Shown: in pieces, positions 53,129-62,357 of the stretch
Layout of the letters: each line of letters starts with the position of its first letter
How positions within the stretch are numbered: position 1 is the first letter of the stretch
From: Alphaproteobacteria bacterium
GTDB lineage: Bacteria; Pseudomonadota; Alphaproteobacteria; RF32; CAG-239
Direction: 5' to 3'
Assembly (NCBI GenBank): GCA_045633945.1
Contig: JAZQZH010000003.1
Span: 250 to 64,249 of the forward strand
Length of the DNA: 64,000 nucleotides
The notes under the pieces: generated by a model
The model's database searches: none
Seen by the model: only the letters and a program-made list of their open reading frames with translations
What the model was told of the DNA's origin: nothing
Program-made: the position numbers and the translations under genes

Positions 53129-56100
53129 TTATCTAAGCTCTATGCCTTGTTCTTCTGCTAATTGCTGTGCTAATTCTGGATTTTCAATTTTAAGCTGTTG
53201 TAATAGATTCTTTTTACCTCTTTCTCTATTACGTTGAATATATTTGTCACTCATATGTCCATCATATGTTCCACTATCAATACGCTCAAAATACTCATTA
53301 GCCTCTTGACGGATTAATCTTTCTTTTTCTGTGTCAGAAATAGATTCATCTTTTCTAATGGCATTCATTACATTTGTAGTTGTATCAGTATCAAGGGCTC
53401 TTCGTTTTGATTGCATACTATTATGTACAGCTTCATCTATTCTTTGTTGTGCTTCCTCATTTTTAGCTGTGATAATAGCTCTACCACCACCATTACGTAC
53501 ATCAACATCATCCTCATGAGACATTGCATAACTTTCTATAGCATCTTGCTCAACTCCAGCAAAATCATATACCCCACCAGGATGTTGGCGTACAAGTTCA
53601 GCGGCAGCCCTAGCTTCTTCATAACTAAGATTACCATCTTTCAATTGTTGATTTGTTTCATAAACTTGGCTATTACTAGATGTGTCTACATCTATATTAT
53701 ATCTTTCCTCTCTTTCTTTGTCAAAATTATGCTCCTCTTTAGGCTCTTCTTCTCTAGGCTCCTCTTTAGGCTCTTCTTCTCTAGGCTCATCTTGAACTAT
53801 CGGAGTTTCTTGATTTTCCTCTGGTATAGTATCATCTTTATTATCTTCTTCCCTAGTATCTTCTTCTTCAACGATTGGAGTTTGAGAGTCATCATCTCCA
53901 TCATCGTTATCATCATTATCTTCTTCCTCTTCTTGGTCCTCTCTTTTATCCTCTCTTTCATCTTCGTCTTGGATAATTGGGATTTCTTCCTCAAATTCCT
54001 GTGTAGGATTCTCTTCTTGCTCATCCCAAGTGCAACTCATGATGTCATAGTCTAGAGAGGTTGAACCTCTTCTTGTTCCTTCTGCTAAAATTTTACTGCT
54101 TAAGATATCTTTTGAGTGTCCAGCTTGAACATTTGCAACATCTTCCAGTGCATCTATACCATATAATAGGCCATTTTTATGGAAGTCACTTCCAACTAGA
54201 TCAGAAGCAATTATACCATTTGCATCAACAACATCACCAATACTCGCTCTTCCTTCCATAACCCCGTCAGAATATTTAAAGTCAGTACCAGAAACACCCC
54301 ATCTACGGTAGCTGTTGATTTCTACGCTACCATTATCAAAATAAAGTCGTCTATCGTCTGTGGTACCATATCTGTTAGATATAATATGTTCATTATAGTA
54401 CGAAAGTATTGGCTGTCCATTAAATGGATTAATTTCCATAGATGCATTTATGATCTGACCATCAGAATTTACTTGTTTAATGAGAACTTTGTTTGGATTT
54501 TTAGGATCAATAATAACATCTCTAGATTTATAATTATCGCTAAATGTACATCCTCTCTTCTTAAGAGCATCTGTGGCTATCGCATCCATTATTTTTCCGC
54601 GATATTTTGGATCACGTGCAATGCTAGAATTTAGAACTTTGCGAGCAGCATCTCCATTTATTTTACCATTCTCATCAACAAAATCCTGCATTCTATATGT
54701 ATTTTCTAGCAAACTAGTACTTAATCTATTTGTTTTATTTCTAGCACCATTAGCTAAAATTTCTTTAACAACATATTCTTTAGCATCTAAACCAACAGGT
54801 ACTACACCTAAATCGCTGAGCGCATCCATACCAAACATAAGATCTTTTTCTTTAGCTCCACCTTGATTAGGATCCAAATCTTTAGCAATTTTACCATTGC
54901 TATCAACAATTTTTCCATCCTCTCGTTTATCAGAAAAATGACGATGATTCTTTTGTGCTTCTTCAGAATATTTATATGTAGTTACTTCTTCTCCATTAGA
55001 TTTTCTGCGTGTTGATATTTCAACCATACCATTGTTAATGTAAGATGATGCTTCACCATTTTTATGTTGTGTCATATGTGCAATAGAAGTACGTCCTGTT
55101 TTAGGATCAATTTCCATAGAAAATCTAGTAATTCTACCATTATGGTCAACCTGCTCAACCGTGATTTTATTAGGATTTTTAGGATCTGTTATAATTTTTC
55201 TAGAATTATAGTTTTTGCCTACTTTTATACCTTTCTTTTCTAGCGCCATGGTCGCAAATTTAGCCATCATCATTTCGCGATATTTAGGATTTTGAGCAAG
55301 CGGAGAATTCATAATATGATCCATTGCACCTTGGTTTATATTACCCTTTTCATCAAACATATGATCATTAACAAAGCTATGTCTAAATTTAACATCACTG
55401 CTAATAACATTTCCATTTTTATCTGTAACTTCTTTAATTGTAGAGTATCTATCATAAGTCGCAGAATGGGTTCTACCATTTATAGGGTTAGTCCAAGTAC
55501 GTTTAAGAAGCGTTTTACCAGTATTGGGATCAACATCTGTCTCAAAGCTTAAGTTACCAATTTTAATTCTTTTTCCACCACTGCCGTTGTCTTTACCAAA
55601 TGTATTTACAATTTTGCCCATACCAACTCTAGCAATATTTCTAGTACCATTTTTAGCTCCTCTATATACTGCCCCAGCGCCTTTTGCAGCAGCTGTACCC
55701 ATCTTATCTGCAAGTTTTCCAGAAACTTCATCCATTTTACTAGATATTGCCTGACCAATCTTAGCACCAGCAGCCATCCCAGAACCTCCAGCAAAGAACT
55801 TCGCTAGTTCAGAGACAATTGGCATATATGTCATTCCTAGAATAAGAACAAATATAAGCATGAACATATTTGGTCCCCAAAAAGCAAGACCTCTATTTCC
55901 ATCATAAAACACTTTACTCGCGCTAACATTAGAAGTCGCATTTATTAAAATACTCTCAATATATCCTAATATGCAATTGAGTAAAATCGCCATAAACATA
56001 AATACAAACAATGTATTAAGTATCCAATCCCATATTTTACTCAAATATCCTTTTGTACCATTGAAGGCATAACCACAAACAGCAAAGGGTAGTAATGTCA

Positions 56101-56920
56101 TTGCAATGCCTAATTGGAATACAGCATCAGCCATAACCCAAGGATATGTCATCATAAAGAATACGCCAGCAACGTATAATATTATACCGTCTACAATTGC
56201 AATAATACGAGGAATCAAGAATAATATTCTATCAGGTCCGGTACCACGACAAATTGCCCATTCACCATATTCAAATAAAAGGTTTATTTTGTTTTCGATA
56301 CTTTGTACACAACAAACAATCATCTTACCTACACTAATAGGTATTCCGCCTCGGCTTGAGCCGGAAAAAACATCACCAAAACCAATAATTCCACCAGAGT
56401 TAGAGCAGCTAACCATTGATTGAGGATCATTATTAGTTGAAATAAAACTCATAACTGTTTCAAATACAGGCACTAGTGTTAGTGTTAAAATTTCATAGTA
56501 GTTTTTTGTTATAATCATATATATAACAATAACTACAAACACTTTTCTTAAAATATCATTCATCATAGAGCCATAATCTTTAGCGCTCATTGATGCTAAT
56601 TGTTTTAATACCATTAAACTAAGAGAAACACCCAAAAAGACTAATAGAACCTCTGCTAAACTAGATGAAAATACATTATAAGCTCTTCCAGCCATTAAGC
56701 TTCCAGCATTAAAGATAGCCTTAAACATAGGGCAGAATAAGCAAAATGATTTATCTACATATGGGGTAGAGCAAGAGATGTCTGTATCAATACCCATGGC
56801 ATTAAGAGTGAGTTCGAATAAATCCATAAGCAAACCAGCATGAGCTATTGTTGGCATTATTAGCGCAAAGCAACCAATAATAATTGGCAAATACATTTTA
56901 TTTTTAATAAATTTCATCAT
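53129..56920 (-). CDS. virB6: VirB6/TrbL-like polytopic membrane protein with an ~830-aa soluble C-terminal extension (1263 aa)
   Basis: The N-terminal ~375 aa are colinear with the upstream paralogues: CLFCPMF, ASMSAKD, and the core motif VMADAVFQLGIAMTLLPFAVCGYAF. Downstream lie a duplicated ~215-aa module, an acidic region and a helical C-terminal domain. Confidence 0.7.
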   Translation of the reverse strand: MMKFIKNKMYLPIIIGCFALIMPTIAHAGLLMDLFELTLNAMGIDTDISCSTPYVDKSFCLFCPMFKAIFNAGSLMAGRAYNVFSSSLAEVLLVFLGVSLSLMVLKQLASMSAKDYGSMMNDILRKVFVVIVIYMIITKNYYEILTLTLVPVFETVMSFISTNNDPQSMVSCSNSGGIIGFGDVFSGSSRGGIPISVGKMIVCCVQSIENKINLLFEYGEWAICRGTGPDRILFLIPRIIAIVDGIILYVAGVFFMMTYPWVMADAVFQLGIAMTLLPFAVCGYAFNGTKGYLSKIWDWILNTLFVFMFMAILLNCILGYIESILINATSNVSASKVFYDGNRGLAFWGPNMFMLIFVLILGMTYMPIVSELAKFFAGGSGMAAGAKIGQAISSKMDEVSGKLADKMGTAAAKGAGAVYRGAKNGTRNIARVGMGKIVNTFGKDNGSGGKRIKIGNLSFETDVDPNTGKTLLKRTWTNPINGRTHSATYDRYSTIKEVTDKNGNVISSDVKFRHSFVNDHMFDEKGNINQGAMDHIMNSPLAQNPKYREMMMAKFATMALEKKGIKVGKNYNSRKIITDPKNPNKITVEQVDHNGRITRFSMEIDPKTGRTSIAHMTQHKNGEASSYINNGMVEISTRRKSNGEEVTTYKYSEEAQKNHRHFSDKREDGKIVDSNGKIAKDLDPNQGGAKEKDLMFGMDALSDLGVVPVGLDAKEYVVKEILANGARNKTNRLSTSLLENTYRMQDFVDENGKINGDAARKVLNSSIARDPKYRGKIMDAIATDALKKRGCTFSDNYKSRDVIIDPKNPNKVLIKQVNSDGQIINASMEINPFNGQPILSYYNEHIISNRYGTTDDRRLYFDNGSVEINSYRRWGVSGTDFKYSDGVMEGRASIGDVVDANGIIASDLVGSDFHKNGLLYGIDALEDVANVQAGHSKDILSSKILAEGTRRGSTSLDYDIMSCTWDEQEENPTQEFEEEIPIIQDEDEREDKREDQEEEEDNDDNDDGDDDSQTPIVEEEDTREEDNKDDTIPEENQETPIVQDEPREEEPKEEPREEEPKEEHNFDKEREERYNIDVDTSSNSQVYETNQQLKDGNLSYEEARAAAELVRQHPGGVYDFAGVEQDAIESYAMSHEDDVDVRNGGGRAIITAKNEEAQQRIDEAVHNSMQSKRRALDTDTTTNVMNAIRKDESISDTEKERLIRQEANEYFERIDSGTYDGHMSDKYIQRNRERGKKNLLQQLKIENPELAQQLAEEQGIELR
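53731..53784 (-). repeat. Perfect 27-bp tandem duplication encoding PREEEPKEE x2 in the acidic linker
   Basis: GCTCCTCTTTAGGCTCTTCTTCTCTAG occurs twice back to back, at 53731-53757 and 53758-53784. Confidence 0.85.
54041..55363 (-). repeat. Internal duplication of a ~215-aa module within the VirB6-like extension (protein-level similarity)
   Basis: Module A (aa ~520-740) reads DEKGNINQGAMDHIMNSPLAQNPKYREMMMAKFATMALEKKG...IITDPKNPNKITVEQV...GMDALSDLG. Module B (aa ~745-960) reads DENGKINGDAARKVLNSSIARDPKYRGKIMDAIATDALKKRG...VIIDPKNPNKVLIKQV...GIDALEDVA. Confidence 0.75.
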
Positions 56921-57888
56921 TATTTGCCTCCCTCCGGTTTTTTGGTTTTAGCCATACTTTTACCCATATTATAAGCTATTCTTTGTAGAGCATTACCATC
57001 TTTATTCCCCATTTTCTGAAGTTTCTTGCCAGCCTGATGTTTCGCTACGTCTTTAGCATATTTTGTTGCTTTACCTATTGTTTTTTTCTTCAAATCGCCA
57101 AGTGCTTTTGTGAGTTTTTCATTTAAAGGATTACCAGCAAGAGCAGAACCAAAGAAGTGTCCACAAAATTCTACGGCTAACAAAGGAATCACCTTAAATG
57201 CTACAATATAGCTCAAAAGAACTTTTAAGAAAGATAAAGTAAATAGAGATAATTTATCTTCTATCAAATCTGATCTATCATTAGCAAAGGCATCTTCAAG
57301 AACTTTTGCACCACCAAATACATCTGCAAGTACAGAAATAACAATACTATTAGCAATCAATATACCCAAAGGCAAAAAGATAAATACACCAACATAGTAA
57401 ACTATACTACTAAGAATCTTTTTCAGCTTGTCTTTAGTCCAACCAAATGGCCACAGAGCAATACCTAGGGGGAGTAAACAGATTCCAAGTGATAAATTAA
57501 ATGCAATATCAAATAAATAAAATGCAGAAGCTAGCGATACTAAAAATCCAACAATAATTAATAATACTGATGCAAACCATAAACCCAAATGTATAATACG
57601 TTCACTAAACACAGTCATACCCAATACTTCATAAGTCCAGTCTGCAGCTTTTCCATGCAAAGAACTACAAAATAGCATATCACCAAACTTTAGCATTTGA
57701 GAAGAGGCAGTGTTTATACTTTTTGCTAAATCATATATTGTATCAGAAAGTTTCTGCATAGAACTTCCACCAGATAGTGCGCCATATTCTATTCTAGGTG
57801 TTTCTATAGCCGCATGTGTCTCAATAGGGCTAAATAGAATGCCAAGACAAAAAACAAATATAAAACTAAAATATCTCATCTCCAGCAC
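56920..57888 (-). CDS. VirB6/TrbL-like protein corresponding to the central and C-terminal part only (322 aa) with its own signal peptide
   Basis: Core motif YLFDIAFNLSLGICLLPLGIALWPFGWTKD and a basic K/A-rich tail. The likely start is ATG 57879 (MRYFSFIFVFCLGILFSPIETHAA) after GGAG; the track start is GTG 57888. Confidence 0.6.
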   Translation of the reverse strand: MLEMRYFSFIFVFCLGILFSPIETHAAIETPRIEYGALSGGSSMQKLSDTIYDLAKSINTASSQMLKFGDMLFCSSLHGKAADWTYEVLGMTVFSERIIHLGLWFASVLLIIVGFLVSLASAFYLFDIAFNLSLGICLLPLGIALWPFGWTKDKLKKILSSIVYYVGVFIFLPLGILIANSIVISVLADVFGGAKVLEDAFANDRSDLIEDKLSLFTLSFLKVLLSYIVAFKVIPLLAVEFCGHFFGSALAGNPLNEKLTKALGDLKKKTIGKATKYAKDVAKHQAGKKLQKMGNKDGNALQRIAYNMGKSMAKTKKPEGGK

Positions 57889-57890
57889 TC

Positions 57891-58415
57891 CTATAGTATA
57901 TTCGCATTTTGATTAAACCCAATGCCGATTGAATATCCAATATCAAGCAAAGGTGCTACAACAAATTCTACGATTGTGTCGATTCCTGTATAGATTAAAA
58001 CATAGCACAACGCCCACTTGAAAAAGAAAGTAAGAAGCGTATCCATTGTTTTAGATGTATCTTGTGCTGTAAAAGAACCAAAGCTTTTAATAAAGAATGC
58101 AGCAACCCAAATAGCACCAAAATATAATAGAGCAGTTAAACTCACCTCTCTTAATGCAACATATATATCTTCAACTGTTTTAGTCATACTTTGCATTAAG
58201 CTTAAAACTACATTACAAGACCAGCAATCTGCTTCTTCATATTTTCTTCTAAATATTTCTGCAGAGCAATATGCCAAATATTCTCTATCAGCTCCTGCAA
58301 GAGATGTTTTTGCAAAAAGTATTGTTGCACAACCTAACACTCCACTAAATAATTTATTAGGGAGCATTTTTATAATAAGCAAATTCTGCTTTATTTTATT
58401 CATCATCGTCATCAT
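57891..58415 (-). CDS. Membrane protein matching only the N-terminal module of the VirB6-like paralogues (174 aa)
   Basis: DCWSCNVVLSLMQ...TALLYFGAIWVAAFFIKSFGSFTAQD... is colinear with NCLLCILFDTL...TLYATAILIVFNSLKLMGSFGKLD of the 445-aa paralogue. Confidence 0.5.
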   Translation of the reverse strand: MMTMMNKIKQNLLIIKMLPNKLFSGVLGCATILFAKTSLAGADREYLAYCSAEIFRRKYEEADCWSCNVVLSLMQSMTKTVEDIYVALREVSLTALLYFGAIWVAAFFIKSFGSFTAQDTSKTMDTLLTFFFKWALCYVLIYTGIDTIVEFVVAPLLDIGYSIGIGFNQNANIL

Positions 58416-59700
58416 TGTTATACCCCGCTAATTTATTTAGTTTTTCACTAATATTAGATTTAACCTGCTTAATTGTATCCATTTTATCTCTGAAAAATTC
58501 ATATTTTTCTAAAGCTTCGGTTAAACTTTCAGTTGCTTCATCAGTTAAAGCATTTAACGCTGTTGCAGCAATCTTCTTAGCTACTCTCATTACAAACTTT
58601 GATATTTTCTTTTCAAAGTCTAATCCTTGACCGCCTCCAATAAATTTATTAGCAAGCGTAACACCCAGCCCAGGTATGTTTAGTAATAATAATGATATTA
58701 AGAACATCGCCATAAGTGACGGACCAACACCATTTAAATCTCCTTTACCCATATTTTGCATGCCATTAATAATGTGTTGTAATGAGCCAACTGCAAGTGC
58801 TACAAGCAGACCTATAAAGAACATTATTCCAGATGAGTTAATAAACATTTCATAGCAGTATTTTACCCATTTTCTTGTAAATTTGAATGGAATTCCCATC
58901 ATCATCAACGGAATAAGAATAACCGCAAAATTTAATCTAAATAAAGAGTCTACAAGATATAGCACAAAACCGAACTTAGCACAAGTAAAGAACAAAAGGA
59001 TAGAAATACCTACAAGAGATGAAGCAAAACCACTACCTAAAAGAGCAATACCAATTCTAATACCCGAACCTAATCTTGAACTGATTAAACAAACAATGCA
59101 GTTTGTCATAGGCATTATTCCAGCTTTTATATTTGTCATTTGAGTAAATGTGCTTTCACACTGAATATTTGGGCTAGAAAATGTTATATTACCAAGCCAT
59201 CCTAATTTTGCAGTAAGAGTGAAATTTATTGGTTCAAGAATGCGTGAAGTTAACTCCAAAAATGTTTGATAAATAGGTATAACAAATGTTTCAATACCCC
59301 ATCTAATATCGCCAATTGAGCTAACCATCCATGCACAAAAAGCACACAAGAATAATTGTTGACCAATTTCAGTCCATACTTCGCCTAAGCTCTCAGCTTT
59401 AAATGAGGGCATTATTTTTATCATCTTAAATGCCATCCAAACAGCAAAACCCATCATAATTACAGTTGGACCACCATCAACCACTTTTTGCGCAGAAGAA
59501 ACAAATAATTGATCAATTATTTTAAGTACCGCTGATACAATATATGTTTGCCAACAGTCTGTCTGTTTGTTAGCATTTTCACCACTACCGGCCCCCGGAT
59601 TCTCTTTACCGCAAGCGCACAAAACAAGTATAATAGCAAACAAGGCAACCTTACTAAGTACATTAAAAGAGAGATATTTTTTCCAATTTATTTTTAACAT
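58396..59700 (-). CDS. virB6: VirB6/TrbL-like polytopic membrane protein (434 aa)
   Basis: Signal/lipobox-like LVLCACG, then MPSFKAES and the core motif YLVDSLFRLNFAVILIPLMMMGIPFKFTRK. Multiple TMs. Confidence 0.7.
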   Translation of the reverse strand: MLKINWKKYLSFNVLSKVALFAIILVLCACGKENPGAGSGENANKQTDCWQTYIVSAVLKIIDQLFVSSAQKVVDGGPTVIMMGFAVWMAFKMIKIMPSFKAESLGEVWTEIGQQLFLCAFCAWMVSSIGDIRWGIETFVIPIYQTFLELTSRILEPINFTLTAKLGWLGNITFSSPNIQCESTFTQMTNIKAGIMPMTNCIVCLISSRLGSGIRIGIALLGSGFASSLVGISILLFFTCAKFGFVLYLVDSLFRLNFAVILIPLMMMGIPFKFTRKWVKYCYEMFINSSGIMFFIGLLVALAVGSLQHIINGMQNMGKGDLNGVGPSLMAMFLISLLLLNIPGLGVTLANKFIGGGQGLDFEKKISKFVMRVAKKIAATALNALTDEATESLTEALEKYEFFRDKMDTIKQVKSNISEKLNKLAGYNNDDDDE

Positions 59701-59715
59701 ATCAAGTCCCCCCTT

Positions 59716-61053
59716 TTAATTTCGCCACCAAGCTTTATAACCTTGACTGCCGGTTCCTGTTAAGACACCTCTTACAGTTGTCATTTTTTCTTTTGCAAAC
59801 TTACCAGCTTTATCTAAGCGTGTAATTCGAGCCAGTGCATGTCCACCTTCTTTAGCAACTTTTTTAGCCACATGTTTAACAGGAGCCGAAGCAGCTTTAG
59901 CAAGAGGTTTAGTTGCTTCAGCTCCAGTTTTAGAGCCGGCACTAGAAACAGGGGATACACCGGAAATATTGCTTACAAGCGGTTTTAAGTTATCCAATAC
60001 TTTAGCAAGCAAAGCAAAACAAACAATTGTTAACAATAAAGAACCAGAACTCCATAATCTTTCTGATGCAGCATCTATATTATTTCTATCAAGTAGTTTT
60101 CTAATATTACCGCCAAAAGAATTTGAAGCGACAACACCATTTTCATCAGCCTCACCCAAGCATAATAACATTAATTGAATAGAAAGGCCTAATAGTACTC
60201 CAAGCATAACAAATCCAAAGAATACACCTATGAATTTTTCCCATATCTTTTTACCATGACCACTTGTTTTATCAGATATCATAAAGGCAATACCTAAAGG
60301 TAAAAGCATTGCAGCAAATGCTAAATCAAACATTAAATCTATAATATAAAAGCAAGTAGCTACAAGAAGTGACCATCCAAATACAAAGAAAATAATACCA
60401 TAGCAAAGCATTAGCCATTTCCAAAATAATATAAAGTCATCAGTAGCGTTGCACATCATTGCTTTTCCAATAGCAACAACATTATATAACTCATCATTAT
60501 ACGCTCTAGCTCCTTCGTTTACCAAACTAAACAAAGCAGGCCATCCACTACCGCTAAAACTCCAGTTGAATTTTACATTTCCAGCTATTAGGCTTTGTCC
60601 AATCACTAATCCAGAGTGCATAATCGGTATAAGTATTGAGTTTATTATAAACAAATCTTTATCTGTTAACAACAAATAGATTACAGCCATTTTAAATCCT
60701 AAAAATAGCATGCCTTTTTTATCTGCAGTTAGATATGTTGGTACATCAAGTTTACCAAAAGATCCCATAAGTTTTAAGCTGTTAAACACAATTAAAATTG
60801 CTGTTGCATATAATGTAACCATAGCAAGAGGTTTTGCAAACATATTCCACGTTCTTGTAGCAGCATCAGAAGAGGCTTCTGTTAAAGTATCAAATAAAAT
60901 ACATAATAAACAATTTTTTCCAATGCCATCATTTAAATATCCTTGGAAAGTATCACATCCGCCACAAGCATTGAGAAACAGAACTAAGAATAGAGATATA
61001 AAGAGTTTTTTAGCTCTTTTTATCTTTTCATAAATGTTGCTAAAAATAATCAT
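59716..61053 (-). CDS. virB6: VirB6/TrbL-like polytopic membrane protein (445 aa)
   Basis: LFLNACGGC, then CLLCILF and GSFGKLD. The core YIIDLMFDLAFAAMLLPLGIAFMISDKT is colinear with A. tumefaciens VirB6 (YDAVGILTKVLLAIGPLILVGYIFDRT), recalled from memory. Confidence 0.72.
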   Translation of the reverse strand: MIIFSNIYEKIKRAKKLFISLFLVLFLNACGGCDTFQGYLNDGIGKNCLLCILFDTLTEASSDAATRTWNMFAKPLAMVTLYATAILIVFNSLKLMGSFGKLDVPTYLTADKKGMLFLGFKMAVIYLLLTDKDLFIINSILIPIMHSGLVIGQSLIAGNVKFNWSFSGSGWPALFSLVNEGARAYNDELYNVVAIGKAMMCNATDDFILFWKWLMLCYGIIFFVFGWSLLVATCFYIIDLMFDLAFAAMLLPLGIAFMISDKTSGHGKKIWEKFIGVFFGFVMLGVLLGLSIQLMLLCLGEADENGVVASNSFGGNIRKLLDRNNIDAASERLWSSGSLLLTIVCFALLAKVLDNLKPLVSNISGVSPVSSAGSKTGAEATKPLAKAASAPVKHVAKKVAKEGGHALARITRLDKAGKFAKEKMTTVRGVLTGTGSQGYKAWWRN

Positions 61054-61064
61054 ATCAACTCTCC

Positions 61065-62357
61065 CTAATCCTTAATCCTGAAGAAATTCTTCACGCTTTG
61101 TCTAAAAGCAAGTTTGGCATCATCATATTTATCAGCTGCATTTTCTAATGCTTTTCCTAATCTAGTTTTCTTAAAGTCATCTTTAGCTGTTTTGGCAACA
61201 CCTTTTGCAAGGTGTTGCCCAACTGTTTTAGCAGGTTGAGCCACAGCTTTCATTGCTTCAGCCCCCATTTTTTGTCCCGTTTTACCAACAGAACCAGATT
61301 GTCCCGAAATTCCATCAACAGTTGCTTCAATCTCTGTAAATACTCTAAAAATTAACATACAGCATAGAGATGTTAATATAAATCCTTTAGGTGATAAGTT
61401 ATTAACTAAACGGTCAACTTGTGGTATTGTTAGAACAGCATTACCCGTTAGATATTTCATAGTGTCACCATTGCCTCCGATAGCTTTTTCTAACATTCTA
61501 ATAGAAAGATTCATAGCAAGTCCTAACACAATAAAGTTAAAGCTTACATTGACAAATAGAGCCCATGCTTTACCCGTGTATTCAACCGTAAATTTAGACG
61601 CCATACACGCAATAGCCATTGGTAATAAGATACAACCAACAGCGAGTCTAAATAAAACATCTAATAAATAAAATGCAATGCCTATACAAATTAACCATCC
61701 CATAATGTATACAACAAAACCAAAAGGTAATAAGCTCCAATACGTATCAAAAAAACTATCTGGTAAAAAGGCTAAACAAACAAGTTCACGCCCCATAGCA
61801 ACAATCGTATAGCTAGATTCGTTGAAGTCTTGTATCTTCTTTACAACGCCTGTTAACAAACTTCTAACATTAGTAGCATCACTAAAATCAGCACTCATTG
61901 CAGTTGGTGAAAAAGCAGTACCCATATTCATAGATGTTGCAATAACCGGTGAAATTACATTTTGATATATAAATGTGTTTCCATCATTAGTCAAAAGTAT
62001 CATAATAAAAGCCATTTTGGCCATAAGTGGAATAACACCTTTCTTTTCGTTAGAAAGATAAGCAAAAGTATCTTGTCCAGAGAAGGAACTGATATTTTTT
62101 AAAGTATAAACTGCTATATATATAGACGAACCAATAGCTATAACTACTTGAAGAGGTAATGCAAATACACGCCATGAAGTCTCAGCAACAGAAGAACAAG
62201 CATCTACAATGGTTCTAAAAACAGGCAATAAAATGAAGTTTTCACCAACACCATCATTAATATAGTCACCTAACGTAGGACAGCTAGCACTAGCAGGAAA
62301 TACTACGAATAGTATGAAAAACAATATATATGTAATGCATGATTTGATTTTATTCAT
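61065..62357 (-). CDS. virB6: VirB6/TrbL-like polytopic membrane protein (430 aa)
   Basis: Signal peptide, then SSFSGQD and the core YLLDVLFRLAVGCILLPMAIACMASKFT. It has a K/A-rich tail and is a clear paralogue of the 445-aa protein. Confidence 0.72.
   Translation of the reverse strand: MNKIKSCITYILFFILFVVFPASASCPTLGDYINDGVGENFILLPVFRTIVDACSSVAETSWRVFALPLQVVIAIGSSIYIAVYTLKNISSFSGQDTFAYLSNEKKGVIPLMAKMAFIMILLTNDGNTFIYQNVISPVIATSMNMGTAFSPTAMSADFSDATNVRSLLTGVVKKIQDFNESSYTIVAMGRELVCLAFLPDSFFDTYWSLLPFGFVVYIMGWLICIGIAFYLLDVLFRLAVGCILLPMAIACMASKFTVEYTGKAWALFVNVSFNFIVLGLAMNLSIRMLEKAIGGNGDTMKYLTGNAVLTIPQVDRLVNNLSPKGFILTSLCCMLIFRVFTEIEATVDGISGQSGSVGKTGQKMGAEAMKAVAQPAKTVGQHLAKGVAKTAKDDFKKTRLGKALENAADKYDDAKLAFRQSVKNFFRIKD

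Noticed and set aside
53411-54055. 214-aa plus-strand ORF, with neighbouring plus-strand ORFs at 53331-53519 and 54061-54866
   Set aside because: It is antisense to the D/E-rich, low-complexity part of the 1263-aa VirB6-like gene. Its translation is a mirror-image F/L/I/S-rich low-complexity string, with no RBS or motif support.
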